From positions 144,091 to 208,090 of the forward strand of contig CAYZNK010000001.1 of NCBI GenBank assembly GCA_964479955.1: 64,000 bases of DNA, in the 5' to 3' direction. The position numbers and the translations under genes were made by a program. The number at the start of each line of letters is the position of its first letter. The first letter of the stretch is position 1. Source of the stretch: an uncultured Candidatus Saccharibacteria bacterium. GTDB taxonomy: Bacteria > Patescibacteriota > Minisyncoccia > Minisyncoccales > Staskawiczbacteraceae. The notes beneath the pieces were generated by a model that was not told the origin of the DNA, made no database searches, and saw only the letters and a program-made list of their open reading frames with translations. Positions 1 to 8,572 of this stretch are shown one piece after another.

Positions 1-635
1 AGCAAAAAGAGCTTGGGGTTGCTTTAATTGACATAGGTTCATCAACAACTTCTTTGGCTGTCTTTGAGGAGGGAGATTTAATACATCTTGCAATCTTTCC
101 GATAGGTTCAGCGAATATTACAAACGATATTGCAATAGGGTTAAAAATAGAAGTTGCCATGGCAGAGTCAATTAAGAGGCAGCACGGAACATGTATATTC
201 TCCAAAAAAGAAAAAGAATCTTCAAAAGAACAAACCCCCAGAAAGATTGAAGTTTTTGAAAAATCTTCCCTAACCTCTTTTACAAAAAAAGATTTGGTTG
301 ATATTATCGAGCCGAGGGTATCTGAAATATTAGACTTGGCGCAAAAAGAGCTTAAAAAAATCGGCAGGCAAAAATTGCTTCCCGGAGGAATTGTTCTAAC
401 AGGCGGAGGAAGCAAATTGTCTAAAATAAAAGAACTCACAAAAGAATCTCTGGAGCTTGTTTGTGAAATAGGGACTCCAAAGAACATATTAGGAGTTCAA
501 GAAGACCCTTCTTTGGCAACTGTGGCAGGTTTGGCTTTGGAGGGGGTTGATTTTGATGAAGAACCAGGTATACTGGGGATTACAAAGGGATTTGGGTCAA
601 AAATTAAAAAAATTATAAGGATTTTTGTGCCCTGA
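1..635 (+). CDS. ftsA: Cell division protein FtsA, C-terminal part (5' end lies outside the window; reading frame begins at nt 3)
   Basis: Translation QKELGVALIDIGSSTTSLAVFEEGDLIHLAIFPIGSANITNDIAIG...GGIVLTGGGSKL is a typical actin-like FtsA 2A/2B subdomain. It lies directly upstream of ftsZ. Confidence 0.85.
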   Translation, partial: QKELGVALIDIGSSTTSLAVFEEGDLIHLAIFPIGSANITNDIAIGLKIEVAMAESIKRQHGTCIFSKKEKESSKEQTPRKIEVFEKSSLTSFTKKDLVDIIEPRVSEILDLAQKELKKIGRQKLLPGGIVLTGGGSKLSKIKELTKESLELVCEIGTPKNILGVQEDPSLATVAGLALEGVDFDEEPGILGITKGFGSKIKKIIRIFVP

Positions 636-657
636 TATTAACGAATAACGAATTTGA

Positions 658-697
658 ACAATCTGCGAATTCGTGCGTTCGCAGATTATTTTTTTGT
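658..697 (+). terminator. Rho-independent terminator after ftsA (stem atctgcgaa/ttcgcagat, then T7)
   Basis: A 9-bp perfect stem at 661-669 and 679-687 with an 8-nt loop, followed by tattttttt at 688-696. Confidence 0.6.
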
Positions 698-709
698 AAT
701 AATTATTTA

Positions 710-814
710 CCCTTCACCTAAATAAATTTTGGGGGAGGGAAAGAAGATTTTAATTTATAATAAGCAAAATTTTTAAAATTCATTTTTGAAATATAAGCTT
801 ATTTAGGTGAAGGG
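710..814 (+). promoter_or_regulatory. Perfect 16-bp inverted repeat (cccttcacctaaataa at 710-725 and ttatttaggtgaaggg at 799-814) bracketing the ftsZ ribosome-binding site; candidate anti-SD/SD translational control element
   Basis: The arms are exact reverse complements. The downstream arm contains the AGGTGA SD and abuts the ftsZ GTG start at 814. The 73-nt loop is AT-rich and carries a tataat. Confidence 0.45.
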
Positions 815-1734
815 TGAATCCTCAAATTAAAATTGTTGGAGTAGGAGGGTCGGGGTCCAACACCATTTCCAGAATGGCAAAGTTTAACATACAAGAAGTG
901 GGACTTATTGGAGTAAATACAGATGCCCAGGCTTTGCATTTTTGCAAGGCGCAAAAAAAAATTTTAATAGGAAAAGAAACAACCCACGGATTGGGAACAG
1001 GAATGGATATTAACTTGGGGAAATTATCTGCACAAGAGGCCCAGGGAGAAATTTCAGAGAGTCTAAAAGGAGCCGATATGGTTTTTATAACTTGCGGATT
1101 AGGCGGAGGAACTGGGTCTGGAGCTTCCCCTATTATTGCTGAAATTTCAAAGAGTCTTGGAATTCTGACAATTGCAGTTGTGACAACGCCTTTTTCCTTT
1201 GAAGGAGAGCAAAGGAAAAAAATTGCAGAAGCCGCTTTGAAAAATCTAAAAGAAAAGGTGGATTCTCTCTTGATAATTTCCAATGACAAACTTTTAAAAA
1301 TTATTGACGAGAAAACAACCGTTTCAAACGCTTTTCTAATGTGTGATGATATTTTAAGGGAGGCTGTTAGAGGAATAACAGACTTGATTTTAGTGCCCGG
1401 AATTATTAATATTGATTTTGCTTCTTTGGTTTCAATCATAAAAAATTCAGGTAACGCCTTATTTGGGGTTGGCAGGAGCTCTGGCGAAAACAGGGCGGAA
1501 ACGGCTGCAATAGCGGCAATAAATTCTCCTTTGCTGGATTTTTCAATAAAAGGAGCAAAGGGGGTTTTATTTTCTGTTTTTGGAAATGATGTCACTCTAA
1601 ATGAAATCCAGAGAGCAGCTGAAATTATCACAAAAAATGCTGACCCTAAAGCCCAAATTATTTTCGGGGCAGTAAAAGACAACACCCTGAAAAAAGGCGA
1701 GTTGAAAATTTCAGTAATTGCTACAAAATTTTAA
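814..1734 (+). CDS. ftsZ: Cell division GTPase FtsZ
   Basis: Carries the GGGTGSG tubulin signature and an N-terminal IKIVGVGGSGSN. GTG start with an AGGTGA SD. Confidence 0.95.
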   Translation: MNPQIKIVGVGGSGSNTISRMAKFNIQEVGLIGVNTDAQALHFCKAQKKILIGKETTHGLGTGMDINLGKLSAQEAQGEISESLKGADMVFITCGLGGGTGSGASPIIAEISKSLGILTIAVVTTPFSFEGEQRKKIAEAALKNLKEKVDSLLIISNDKLLKIIDEKTTVSNAFLMCDDILREAVRGITDLILVPGIINIDFASLVSIIKNSGNALFGVGRSSGENRAETAAIAAINSPLLDFSIKGAKGVLFSVFGNDVTLNEIQRAAEIITKNADPKAQIIFGAVKDNTLKKGELKISVIATKF

Positions 1735-1843
1735 ATCAATCTGCCAGCGTTTATTTTTAGAAAAAATGCAAGGCAAAAACCTTGTGTTTTTATTTTTTTG
1801 TCTTGGAATAGACTTTTACGGATAAATTATTTTTAGTCAAGAC

Positions 1844-1871
1844 TTGACCTGCTTTCTTGCTAAGGTAAAAT
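1844..1871 (+). promoter_or_regulatory. Candidate sigma70-like promoter for nrdD (TTGACC, 16 nt, TAAAAT) with overlapping gtcaag/cttgac dyad
   Basis: TTGACC at 1844-1849 and TAAAAT at 1866-1871. A palindrome agtcaagacttgac covers the -35 box. Confidence 0.3.
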
Positions 1872-2053
1872 ATAATAATCTGTTAATTTTTTGTCGGCAG
1901 TTTTCAGGAATTATTTAAAAATAAAAATTTTAAAATTAAATAAAATATAAACTCGCTACCTGATATTTTTGCAACCGGGAAAAATATTTTTCTAGCAGCG
2001 AATTTCAGAAGAAATATCGGGCAACGAGTTTAGAAAGGCGGAGGGCCCTTTTT

Positions 2054-4243
2054 TTGTCCCCCAAATTTATGGAAGCAGAATTAAAAACGAAAAACAATAT
2101 AGAAAAAATCCAAAAAAGAAACGGAGCCGTTGTAGCTTTTGATGCAGAAAAAATATCCAATGCAATTCATAAGGCATTGCAGGCGTCCGGGCAGGGTGAC
2201 GGCGAAGTTTCGAAAAAGGTTTCCCAAAAAGTAATAAGCCTATTAAACCGCAGATTTAAAAAAGGGGAAATTCCTAATATTGAGCAAATACAGGACATTG
2301 TTGAAGAGGCTTTGATATTGGAAGATTTGGTTGATACCGCAAAGGCCTACATATTATATAGGGAACAAAGAAGAAGCATCAGGGAAGCAGCAAAAGCAGT
2401 TGACGAGTCATCTGAAAAAATTGACAGCTATTTAAAAGAAATTGACTGGCAGGTTAAAGAAAACGCCAATATGACTTTTTCTTTGCAGGGGCTTAACCAA
2501 TATGTCGGCTCATATATTTCAAAAAAATATTGGCTTAACAAAATTTATCCAAAAGAGATAAGGGATGCGGCTGCAAGCGAAGATTTTCATATTCATAATT
2601 TGGAGCTGTTGGCTCCTTATTGCGCAGGGTGGGATTTGTATGATTTTTTATTAAAGGGATTTGGAGGGGTTTCAGGAAAAATAGAATGCAGGCCTCCAAA
2701 ACATTTCAGGACAGCTTTGGGACAGCTGGTAAACGTTTTGTTTACTTTGCAGGGAGAAACTGCCGGAGCTAATGCTGTTTCAAATTTTGATACGCTTTTG
2801 GCGCCTTTTATAAGATATGACAATCTAAGTTATAAACAAGTTAAGCAGTCAATGCAGGAGTTTCTGTATAACTGCATGGTGCCAACGCGCGTTGGCTTTC
2901 AAACGCCATTTTTAAACGTGTCTTTGGATATAAAACCGCCCTCTTTTTTGGCAAAACAGCCCGTAATTATAGGAGGACAGCCACAAAAAGAAACATACGA
3001 AGAATTCCAGCCTGAAATGGATATGTTTATAAAAGCTTTTTATGAAGGATTAATGGAAGGAGATGCATCGGGCAGGCCTTTTACTTTCCCGATACCAACG
3101 GTTTCAGTTGGAAAAGATTTTGAATGGGATAACAAAAATTTAGCGCCCATGTGGGAAGCAACGGCAAAATACGGAATCAATTATTTTTCAAATTTTATAC
3201 ATTCCGATATGAGCCCGGATGACGCCAGGTCAATGTGCTGCAGATTAAGGCTGGATAACAGGGAATTGTATAAAAGAGGAGGAGGATTATTTGGGTCAAG
3301 CCCCAAGACGGGGAGTATCGGGGTTGTTACAATTGACCTGCCAAGAATTGGGTATCTTTCAAAAACAAAAACCGAATTTTTTGAAAGGCTTTCCAAATTA
3401 ATGGAATTGGCAAAAGAAAGTCTGGAAATAAAAAGAAAAGCCCTGGATAATTTTATGGAAAAAGGATTATATCCTTATTCAAAGCATTATCTTAAGGATG
3501 TCAAAAATCTGAGGGATTCTTATTTTGGAAACCATTTTTCAACAATCGGAATTTGCGGAATGAACGAGTCTTTGCTTAATTTTTTGGATGAGGATATAAC
3601 AACAAAAAAAGGCAAAAAATTTGCAATAGAAATTTTGGATTTTATGCGGGACAAAATGGTAAAATTTCAAGAAGAAACCGGAAATCTTTATAATCTTGAA
3701 GCAACTCCGGCAGAAGGCACAAGTTATAGGCAAGCGAAAGCTGACAAAGAAAGATATCCCGACATTATTACATCCGGGACTCCGGAGGTTCCATTTTACA
3801 CAAATTCGAGTCAATTGCCGGTAGGATTTACAGATGATGTTTTTGAAGCCCTTGAACTTCAGAATGATATCCAGACAAAATATACAGGGGGAACTGTTTT
3901 ACATATATTTTTGGGAGAGAAAATAACAGACCCAGATGCAGCAAAAAATTTGGTTAAAAAAATATTTGAAAAATACAGCCTGCCGTATATTACCTTGACT
4001 CCCACTTTTTCAATTTGCCCCGTACACGGATATTTGCCCGGAGAACATTTTGAATGTCCTCAGTGCGCGATAAAACAGCCATGCGAAGTATACTCAAGGG
4101 TTGTAGGATATATAAGACCAGTTAACCAATGGCACAAAGGGAAACAGCAAGAGTATAAGGAAAGAAAAGAGTTTGTTTGCAAAGAAGGCTCTGGTGCAAA
4201 AGAAGAATTAAAAAAAACTCACGAAGAAAAAGTTCCGGCATAA
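2054..4243 (+). CDS. nrdD: Anaerobic ribonucleoside-triphosphate reductase (class III RNR)
   Basis: N-terminal ATP-cone (IQKRNGAVVAFDAEKISNAI), a C-terminal glycyl-radical motif RVVGYIRPV and a CxxC zinc ribbon (CPVHGY...CPQC). Confidence 0.9.
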   Translation: MSPKFMEAELKTKNNIEKIQKRNGAVVAFDAEKISNAIHKALQASGQGDGEVSKKVSQKVISLLNRRFKKGEIPNIEQIQDIVEEALILEDLVDTAKAYILYREQRRSIREAAKAVDESSEKIDSYLKEIDWQVKENANMTFSLQGLNQYVGSYISKKYWLNKIYPKEIRDAAASEDFHIHNLELLAPYCAGWDLYDFLLKGFGGVSGKIECRPPKHFRTALGQLVNVLFTLQGETAGANAVSNFDTLLAPFIRYDNLSYKQVKQSMQEFLYNCMVPTRVGFQTPFLNVSLDIKPPSFLAKQPVIIGGQPQKETYEEFQPEMDMFIKAFYEGLMEGDASGRPFTFPIPTVSVGKDFEWDNKNLAPMWEATAKYGINYFSNFIHSDMSPDDARSMCCRLRLDNRELYKRGGGLFGSSPKTGSIGVVTIDLPRIGYLSKTKTEFFERLSKLMELAKESLEIKRKALDNFMEKGLYPYSKHYLKDVKNLRDSYFGNHFSTIGICGMNESLLNFLDEDITTKKGKKFAIEILDFMRDKMVKFQEETGNLYNLEATPAEGTSYRQAKADKERYPDIITSGTPEVPFYTNSSQLPVGFTDDVFEALELQNDIQTKYTGGTVLHIFLGEKITDPDAAKNLVKKIFEKYSLPYITLTPTFSICPVHGYLPGEHFECPQCAIKQPCEVYSRVVGYIRPVNQWHKGKQQEYKERKEFVCKEGSGAKEELKKTHEEKVPA

Positions 4244-4246
4244 AAT

Positions 4247-4270
4247 TAAAAGCTCCTAAAAGGAGCTTTT
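4247..4270 (+). promoter_or_regulatory. Stem-loop between nrdD and nrdG (aaaagctcct/aggagctttt)
   Basis: A hairpin with a roughly 10-bp stem sits right after the nrdD stop. No U-tract follows, so it may act as an attenuator or a processing/stability element. Confidence 0.35.
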
Positions 4271-4282
4271 AAAAACTTAGGC

Positions 4283-4990
4283 ATGATAATATCAGGGATA
4301 CAAAAAACTACCCTTATTGATTATCCGGGTAAAATAGCCTGTATTGTTTTTTTGGCAATGTGTAATTTTAGATGCCCCTGGTGTTATTCTTCAGAACTAG
4401 TGTTGCCTTTAAAAATTGCAAAGCAACCCAGAATCTCAGAGCAGGAATTTTTTAAATTTTTAAATGAAAGGAAGGGGCTTCTGGAAGGAGTTGTGATATG
4501 CGGAGGAGAGCCAACAATAAACAAGGATTTGCCAAATTTTATAGAAAAAATTAAACAGTTGGGTTTTTTTGTTAAGTTGGATACTAACGGCTCAAATCCG
4601 CAGATGTTAAAAGATTTGGCTATGGCTAATTTAGTGGATTATGTTGCAATGGATATAAAAGCAGGCCCCAATAATAAAATTTACAACGCAATTTTTGGAG
4701 AAGGAATAAAAATGGAGAACATTAAAAAAAGCGCGGAATTTTTAAAACAAGGGAATATTGACTTTGAATTTCGCACAACAGCAGTGCCTGGAATACATTC
4801 AAAGGAGGATTTTGTCGAAATAGCAAAATGGGCCGGAGCTGAAAATGTAAAATATTATATACAAAACTTCAGGGCTGAAAAAACAATTGACCCTGAATTT
4901 GAAAAAATAAAACCGTTTCAAGAAGAATATCTTGAAAATATTGTAAAAGAAATATCTCCTTATTTTAAAATCTGCCGATTGCGGACATGA
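4283..4990 (+). CDS. nrdG: Anaerobic RNR activating protein (radical SAM)
   Basis: CNFRCPWC (CX3CX2C) radical-SAM cluster motif, about 235 aa, immediately downstream of nrdD. Confidence 0.85.
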   Translation: MIISGIQKTTLIDYPGKIACIVFLAMCNFRCPWCYSSELVLPLKIAKQPRISEQEFFKFLNERKGLLEGVVICGGEPTINKDLPNFIEKIKQLGFFVKLDTNGSNPQMLKDLAMANLVDYVAMDIKAGPNNKIYNAIFGEGIKMENIKKSAEFLKQGNIDFEFRTTAVPGIHSKEDFVEIAKWAGAENVKYYIQNFRAEKTIDPEFEKIKPFQEEYLENIVKEISPYFKICRLRT

Positions 4991-5016
4991 TTATATAAAT
5001 TTTAAAATATCGTAAA

Positions 5017-6513
5017 ATGACGCCGTCTAAGATTTTATTTTATTTAAGCCTGTCTTTTATTGCAGGAATTTTTTTTGAATCTTTGATTGCCATTCCGCAA
5101 ATTTTTGTCTGTATGATTTTGATTCTGGGGATTGTAATTATTTTTTCATCCCTATTTTTAAAAAATAATTTTCTTGTTATTGCCGGATTTTGCGTTTTAT
5201 TTTTATGCCTTGGAATTTTAAGAATGCAGACAAATGAATTTAAGATTGAAAATAACGAGTTGAAGAAAATGAATGAAGGCGACGCTGTAAAACTTACGGG
5301 TTTTATTTATGACGAGCCGGATATTAGGGATACTTATCAGAAAATAAAAGTAAAAGTTGGAGAGAGCATTATTTTAATAACAACAAGTCGATACCCTGAA
5401 TGCAAATATTTGGATGCAATAAAGGTTGAGGGAAAACTTGAAACTCCGCAGGAAACAGAGGATTTCAGCTATAAAAATTATCTTATGAAAGACGGAATTT
5501 ATTCTGTAATGTTTTTCCCTAAAGTTGAATTTGCAGAAACAAACGAAACTGCCGGATTCTGGCAAAAATTTTATTCTTTGATATTGTCCTTTAAGCAGAA
5601 AATAAGACAAAGTATACAAAAAAATTTTGCTCCTCCGCAAAGCTCAATACTGGAGGGCACCATTTTAGGAGACAACGGAGCTATGTCAGAAGACTTAAAA
5701 AACAAGCTTAATATCACAGGGCTTAGGCATATTATAGCTGTCTCCGGAACACACGTTATTATATTAAGCGCGATTATAATGTCTATTTTGTTGATGTTTC
5801 CCATTAAAAAAAGCAAAGCATTTTATTTTGCCATAATCATAATTTTTCTTTATGCTTTTTTAACAGGCCTTCCTGCTTCAGGAGTAAGGGCGTCAATAAT
5901 GGGAAGCCTGTATCTTTTTGCCCAGAAATTAGGCAGGCAGAGTATTGGGATAAGGGTTATTGTCTTGGCCTGTTGCGTTATGCTTTTTATAAACCCAATG
6001 CTTTTAATATATGATGTTGGGTTTCAACTTTCTTTTCTGGCTGTAATAGGGCTTATTTATCTTGAGCCGGTTTTTAGCGGATTTCTGGATTTCTGGGCCA
6101 AAAGGATTTTTAATGAAGCAAAGCAAAAAGCAAACGGATTCATAAAGATTATTTCTTCAACCTTTGCAGCCCAAGTTTTTACCCTGCCAATAATAATTTA
6201 TAGTTTTGGAAACATTTCTTTTGTTTCTCCAATAACCAATCTTCTTGTTCTGCCTGTTGTCTATTGGCTGATGATTTTTGGATTTTTATCGGCGTTTCTT
6301 GGAATTTTTTCAGGTATGCTTGGGTGGGTTTTTTCCGTACCCTGTTATTTTGTGCTTTCATATTTTTTATGGATAATAGATTTTTTTTCGCAAGATTGGG
6401 CTATAAAAAATCTTAATAATGTCCATTGGATTTGGCTTGTTGTATGCTATCTGGCCATTGGATATATTGTAAGGCTTATAAGAAAAAAATATATGCAAAA
6501 TTTTATCACATAA
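5017..6513 (+). CDS. comEC: ComEC/Rec2-family DNA internalization channel (short form: DUF4131 plus competence domain, no metallo-beta-lactamase domain)
   Basis: Multi-TM N-terminus, an OB-like region, and the competence-domain motif LRHIIAVSGTHVIILSAIIM. At 498 aa it is too short to carry the C-terminal MBL domain. Confidence 0.8.
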   Translation: MTPSKILFYLSLSFIAGIFFESLIAIPQIFVCMILILGIVIIFSSLFLKNNFLVIAGFCVLFLCLGILRMQTNEFKIENNELKKMNEGDAVKLTGFIYDEPDIRDTYQKIKVKVGESIILITTSRYPECKYLDAIKVEGKLETPQETEDFSYKNYLMKDGIYSVMFFPKVEFAETNETAGFWQKFYSLILSFKQKIRQSIQKNFAPPQSSILEGTILGDNGAMSEDLKNKLNITGLRHIIAVSGTHVIILSAIIMSILLMFPIKKSKAFYFAIIIIFLYAFLTGLPASGVRASIMGSLYLFAQKLGRQSIGIRVIVLACCVMLFINPMLLIYDVGFQLSFLAVIGLIYLEPVFSGFLDFWAKRIFNEAKQKANGFIKIISSTFAAQVFTLPIIIYSFGNISFVSPITNLLVLPVVYWLMIFGFLSAFLGIFSGMLGWVFSVPCYFVLSYFLWIIDFFSQDWAIKNLNNVHWIWLVVCYLAIGYIVRLIRKKYMQNFIT

Positions 6514-6556
6514 AAACCGCGGCTTTTTCAAGCTGCGGCGTGTGTGGACGAGAGAA

Positions 6557-7051
6557 TTATGCGCAGACAAGCTGCGGAGTTTCTGCAGGTTTTGCAGAGG
6601 AAGGTTGCACCCTCTCAAACGATATTTCTTTTTCGTTGTCTGAAAATGATGCATAATAGGCATAAACTTTTGTGCGATATGCCCTGGAAACTATTTCTAA
6701 AGCTTTAATCAGGTCTTGTCGTTCGGTGTCATTTCCTGCCCGGCCAGATCTCTTTAATTGCTCATATCTTTTGCAATCCTGATGAGCAATTAAGACAATG
6801 CGCTTTATATCAAAATGCTTAGTAAAACAGTCTAGCTGTCCCGTTGCGGACCAAAAACAATTTGTCATTTCTGTTTGCCTGGCTAAAACCCCTGCTCCGC
6901 CCGCTATCTGAATTGCCAAAAAGTCAAATTCACCCATCCCTAATTCTTCTCTGATAAAAAGGTCATGGGCGAGCTTAAACCTTGGATCCAGACAATGCAC
7001 CACTATTGTTTCTGGGACAACACTAACAGCCTTATAACTCTTCCTTCTCAT
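6557..7051 (-). CDS. Small beta-class carbonic-anhydrase-like protein (putative)
   Basis: Cys-x-Asp-x-Arg (VVHCLDPRF) and His-x-x-Cys (IAHQDCKR) motifs sit at beta-CA zinc-ligand spacing. 164 aa, and locally GC-richer than its surroundings. Confidence 0.4.
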   Translation of the reverse strand: MRRKSYKAVSVVPETIVVHCLDPRFKLAHDLFIREELGMGEFDFLAIQIAGGAGVLARQTEMTNCFWSATGQLDCFTKHFDIKRIVLIAHQDCKRYEQLKRSGRAGNDTERQDLIKALEIVSRAYRTKVYAYYASFSDNEKEISFERVQPSSAKPAETPQLVCA

Positions 7052-7111
7052 AACTCACTCTCTCTTTCAATTGTGAAAGACCATCTTTTGTTGCGCTATT
7101 CCAAAAACGCA

Positions 7112-7147
7112 ACACAATAATATAATAACATATTATTGTGTTTTTTG
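7112..7147. promoter_or_regulatory. 12-bp perfect palindrome ACACAATAATAT-N6-ATATTATTGTGT followed by a T-run; candidate operator or bidirectional terminator-like element
   Basis: Exact reverse-complement arms at 7112-7123 and 7130-7141. It lies in the divergent intergenic region between the minus gene starting at 7051 and the plus gene starting at 7236. Confidence 0.35.
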
Positions 7148-7235
7148 AAATATTCCAGCCTAAATAATTCACCCTTGAGGGCAAGGCTATTTTCAATTAT
7201 AATTAAGTAATAAATATTAGTTAACAGTAAGCTCA

Positions 7236-8555
7236 ATGGAACAAAAAAAATCCGAAAGACCTAAGCATGGTCAAAGGGCATGGGTTGTGGCAGCTGATAT
7301 GGGATACGGGCACCAGAGAACAACATATCCTTTAAAGGATATTGCTTTTGGCGGAAAAATTATAAATTCCAATAACTATGATGGTATTCCCGCAAAAGAC
7401 AGAAGTTTTTGGAATCAGACAAGGGTTTTGTATGAATTCATTTCAAGATTTAAAAGAATTCCATTTTTGGGAGAATTTATTTTTTCCATTATGGACAAGT
7501 TTCAGAAAATTTTAAACTATTATCCAAAAAGGGATTTATCGCATCCTGTTTCCAATTTAAAGAATACTTTTCGGCTTATAAAACTTGGCTGGGGCAGGGA
7601 TTTAATAGAAAGATTCAAAAAAAATGTTCTGCCTGTTGTCACAAGTTTTTTTGTGCCAGCTTTTATGGCAGAAGAATTCGGGTATCCTGGCCCGATTTAC
7701 TGTATAATCTGCGATGCTGATTTTAATAGGTCATGGGTGAGCCTGCATCCGCAAAAAAGCAAAATAAAATATTTTGCTCCCTGCACATGGGCAAGGGACA
7801 GGCTGAAACTTTACGGAGTAAAGCAGGAAAATATTTTTTTGACGGGCTACCCTTTGCCAAAAGAAAATATAGGTTCTGAAAAAATGGAAATTTTAAAAGA
7901 AGACTTAAAAAACAGGCTTGTGAACCTTGATCCGCAAAAAAAATACAGAAAAATGTATGACCCTCTAATAAGCAAAGTTTTAGGAAAGCTTCCTGAAAAA
8001 TCAAACCATCCTTTAACAATAATGTTTTCTATTGGCGGAGCGGGCGCTCAAAAGGAAATTTGCGCCAAAGCAATAAATCGCATGGAAGATAAAATTAAAA
8101 AAAACAAGTTGCGGTTTATTATTTCAGTTGGAACTCATACATACCTTAAAAAATACTTTTCAGACAATATTGAGCACTTAAAAATCAACGGACACGTCAG
8201 AATGCTTTACGGGAATACAACAGAAGAATATTTCAAAGCGTTTAACGAAGCCTTGAAGGAAACGGATATTTTATGGACAAAGCCGTCGGAATTATCGTTT
8301 TATGCCGGGCTTGGAATTCCAATAATCATAGCTCCGCCCATTGGTTCGCAGGAAGATTATAACAAAAAATGGCTTTTGCATGTTGGGGCCGGAGTTGCCC
8401 AGGAAAATTTAAGATATATTGACCAATGGATATATGACCTTTTGGATGGAGGAGATTTTGCTGAAATGGCAATGGAAGGGTTTATGGAAATAGAAAAAAT
8501 GGGAACATATAACATAGAAAAAATAATTTCATCCTCATACAATAACAAGTTATAA
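7236..8555 (+). CDS. GT-B fold glycosyltransferase, MGDG-synthase/UgtP/MurG-like (GT28 family), putative glycolipid synthase
   Basis: N-terminal VVAADMGYGHQRTT resembles the G-x-G-H loop of MGDG synthases and UgtP. A C-terminal SIGGAGAQKE Gly-rich loop completes a two-Rossmann-domain architecture. Confidence 0.45.
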   Translation: MEQKKSERPKHGQRAWVVAADMGYGHQRTTYPLKDIAFGGKIINSNNYDGIPAKDRSFWNQTRVLYEFISRFKRIPFLGEFIFSIMDKFQKILNYYPKRDLSHPVSNLKNTFRLIKLGWGRDLIERFKKNVLPVVTSFFVPAFMAEEFGYPGPIYCIICDADFNRSWVSLHPQKSKIKYFAPCTWARDRLKLYGVKQENIFLTGYPLPKENIGSEKMEILKEDLKNRLVNLDPQKKYRKMYDPLISKVLGKLPEKSNHPLTIMFSIGGAGAQKEICAKAINRMEDKIKKNKLRFIISVGTHTYLKKYFSDNIEHLKINGHVRMLYGNTTEEYFKAFNEALKETDILWTKPSELSFYAGLGIPIIIAPPIGSQEDYNKKWLLHVGAGVAQENLRYIDQWIYDLLDGGDFAEMAMEGFMEIEKMGTYNIEKIISSSYNNKL

Positions 8556-8572
8556 GCTATTTTAAAATAAAT

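Noticed and set aside
822-1685. 287-aa ORF on the minus strand
   Set aside because: It lies entirely antisense to the well-supported ftsZ gene. Its composition mirrors the ftsZ codons and it has no start context, so it is spurious.
2054-4243. Intein or intron in nrdD (a common insertion site)
   Set aside because: The ORF is continuous at 729 aa, a normal length for an ATP-cone-containing NrdD, and shows no Hint/endonuclease motifs.
6367-6663. Overlapping small ORFs (6367-6663 minus, 6426-6656 plus) near the 3' end of the beta-CA-like gene
   Set aside because: Both overlap the comEC 3' end and the carbonic-anhydrase tail in alternative frames and have no start context or domain, so they are spurious.
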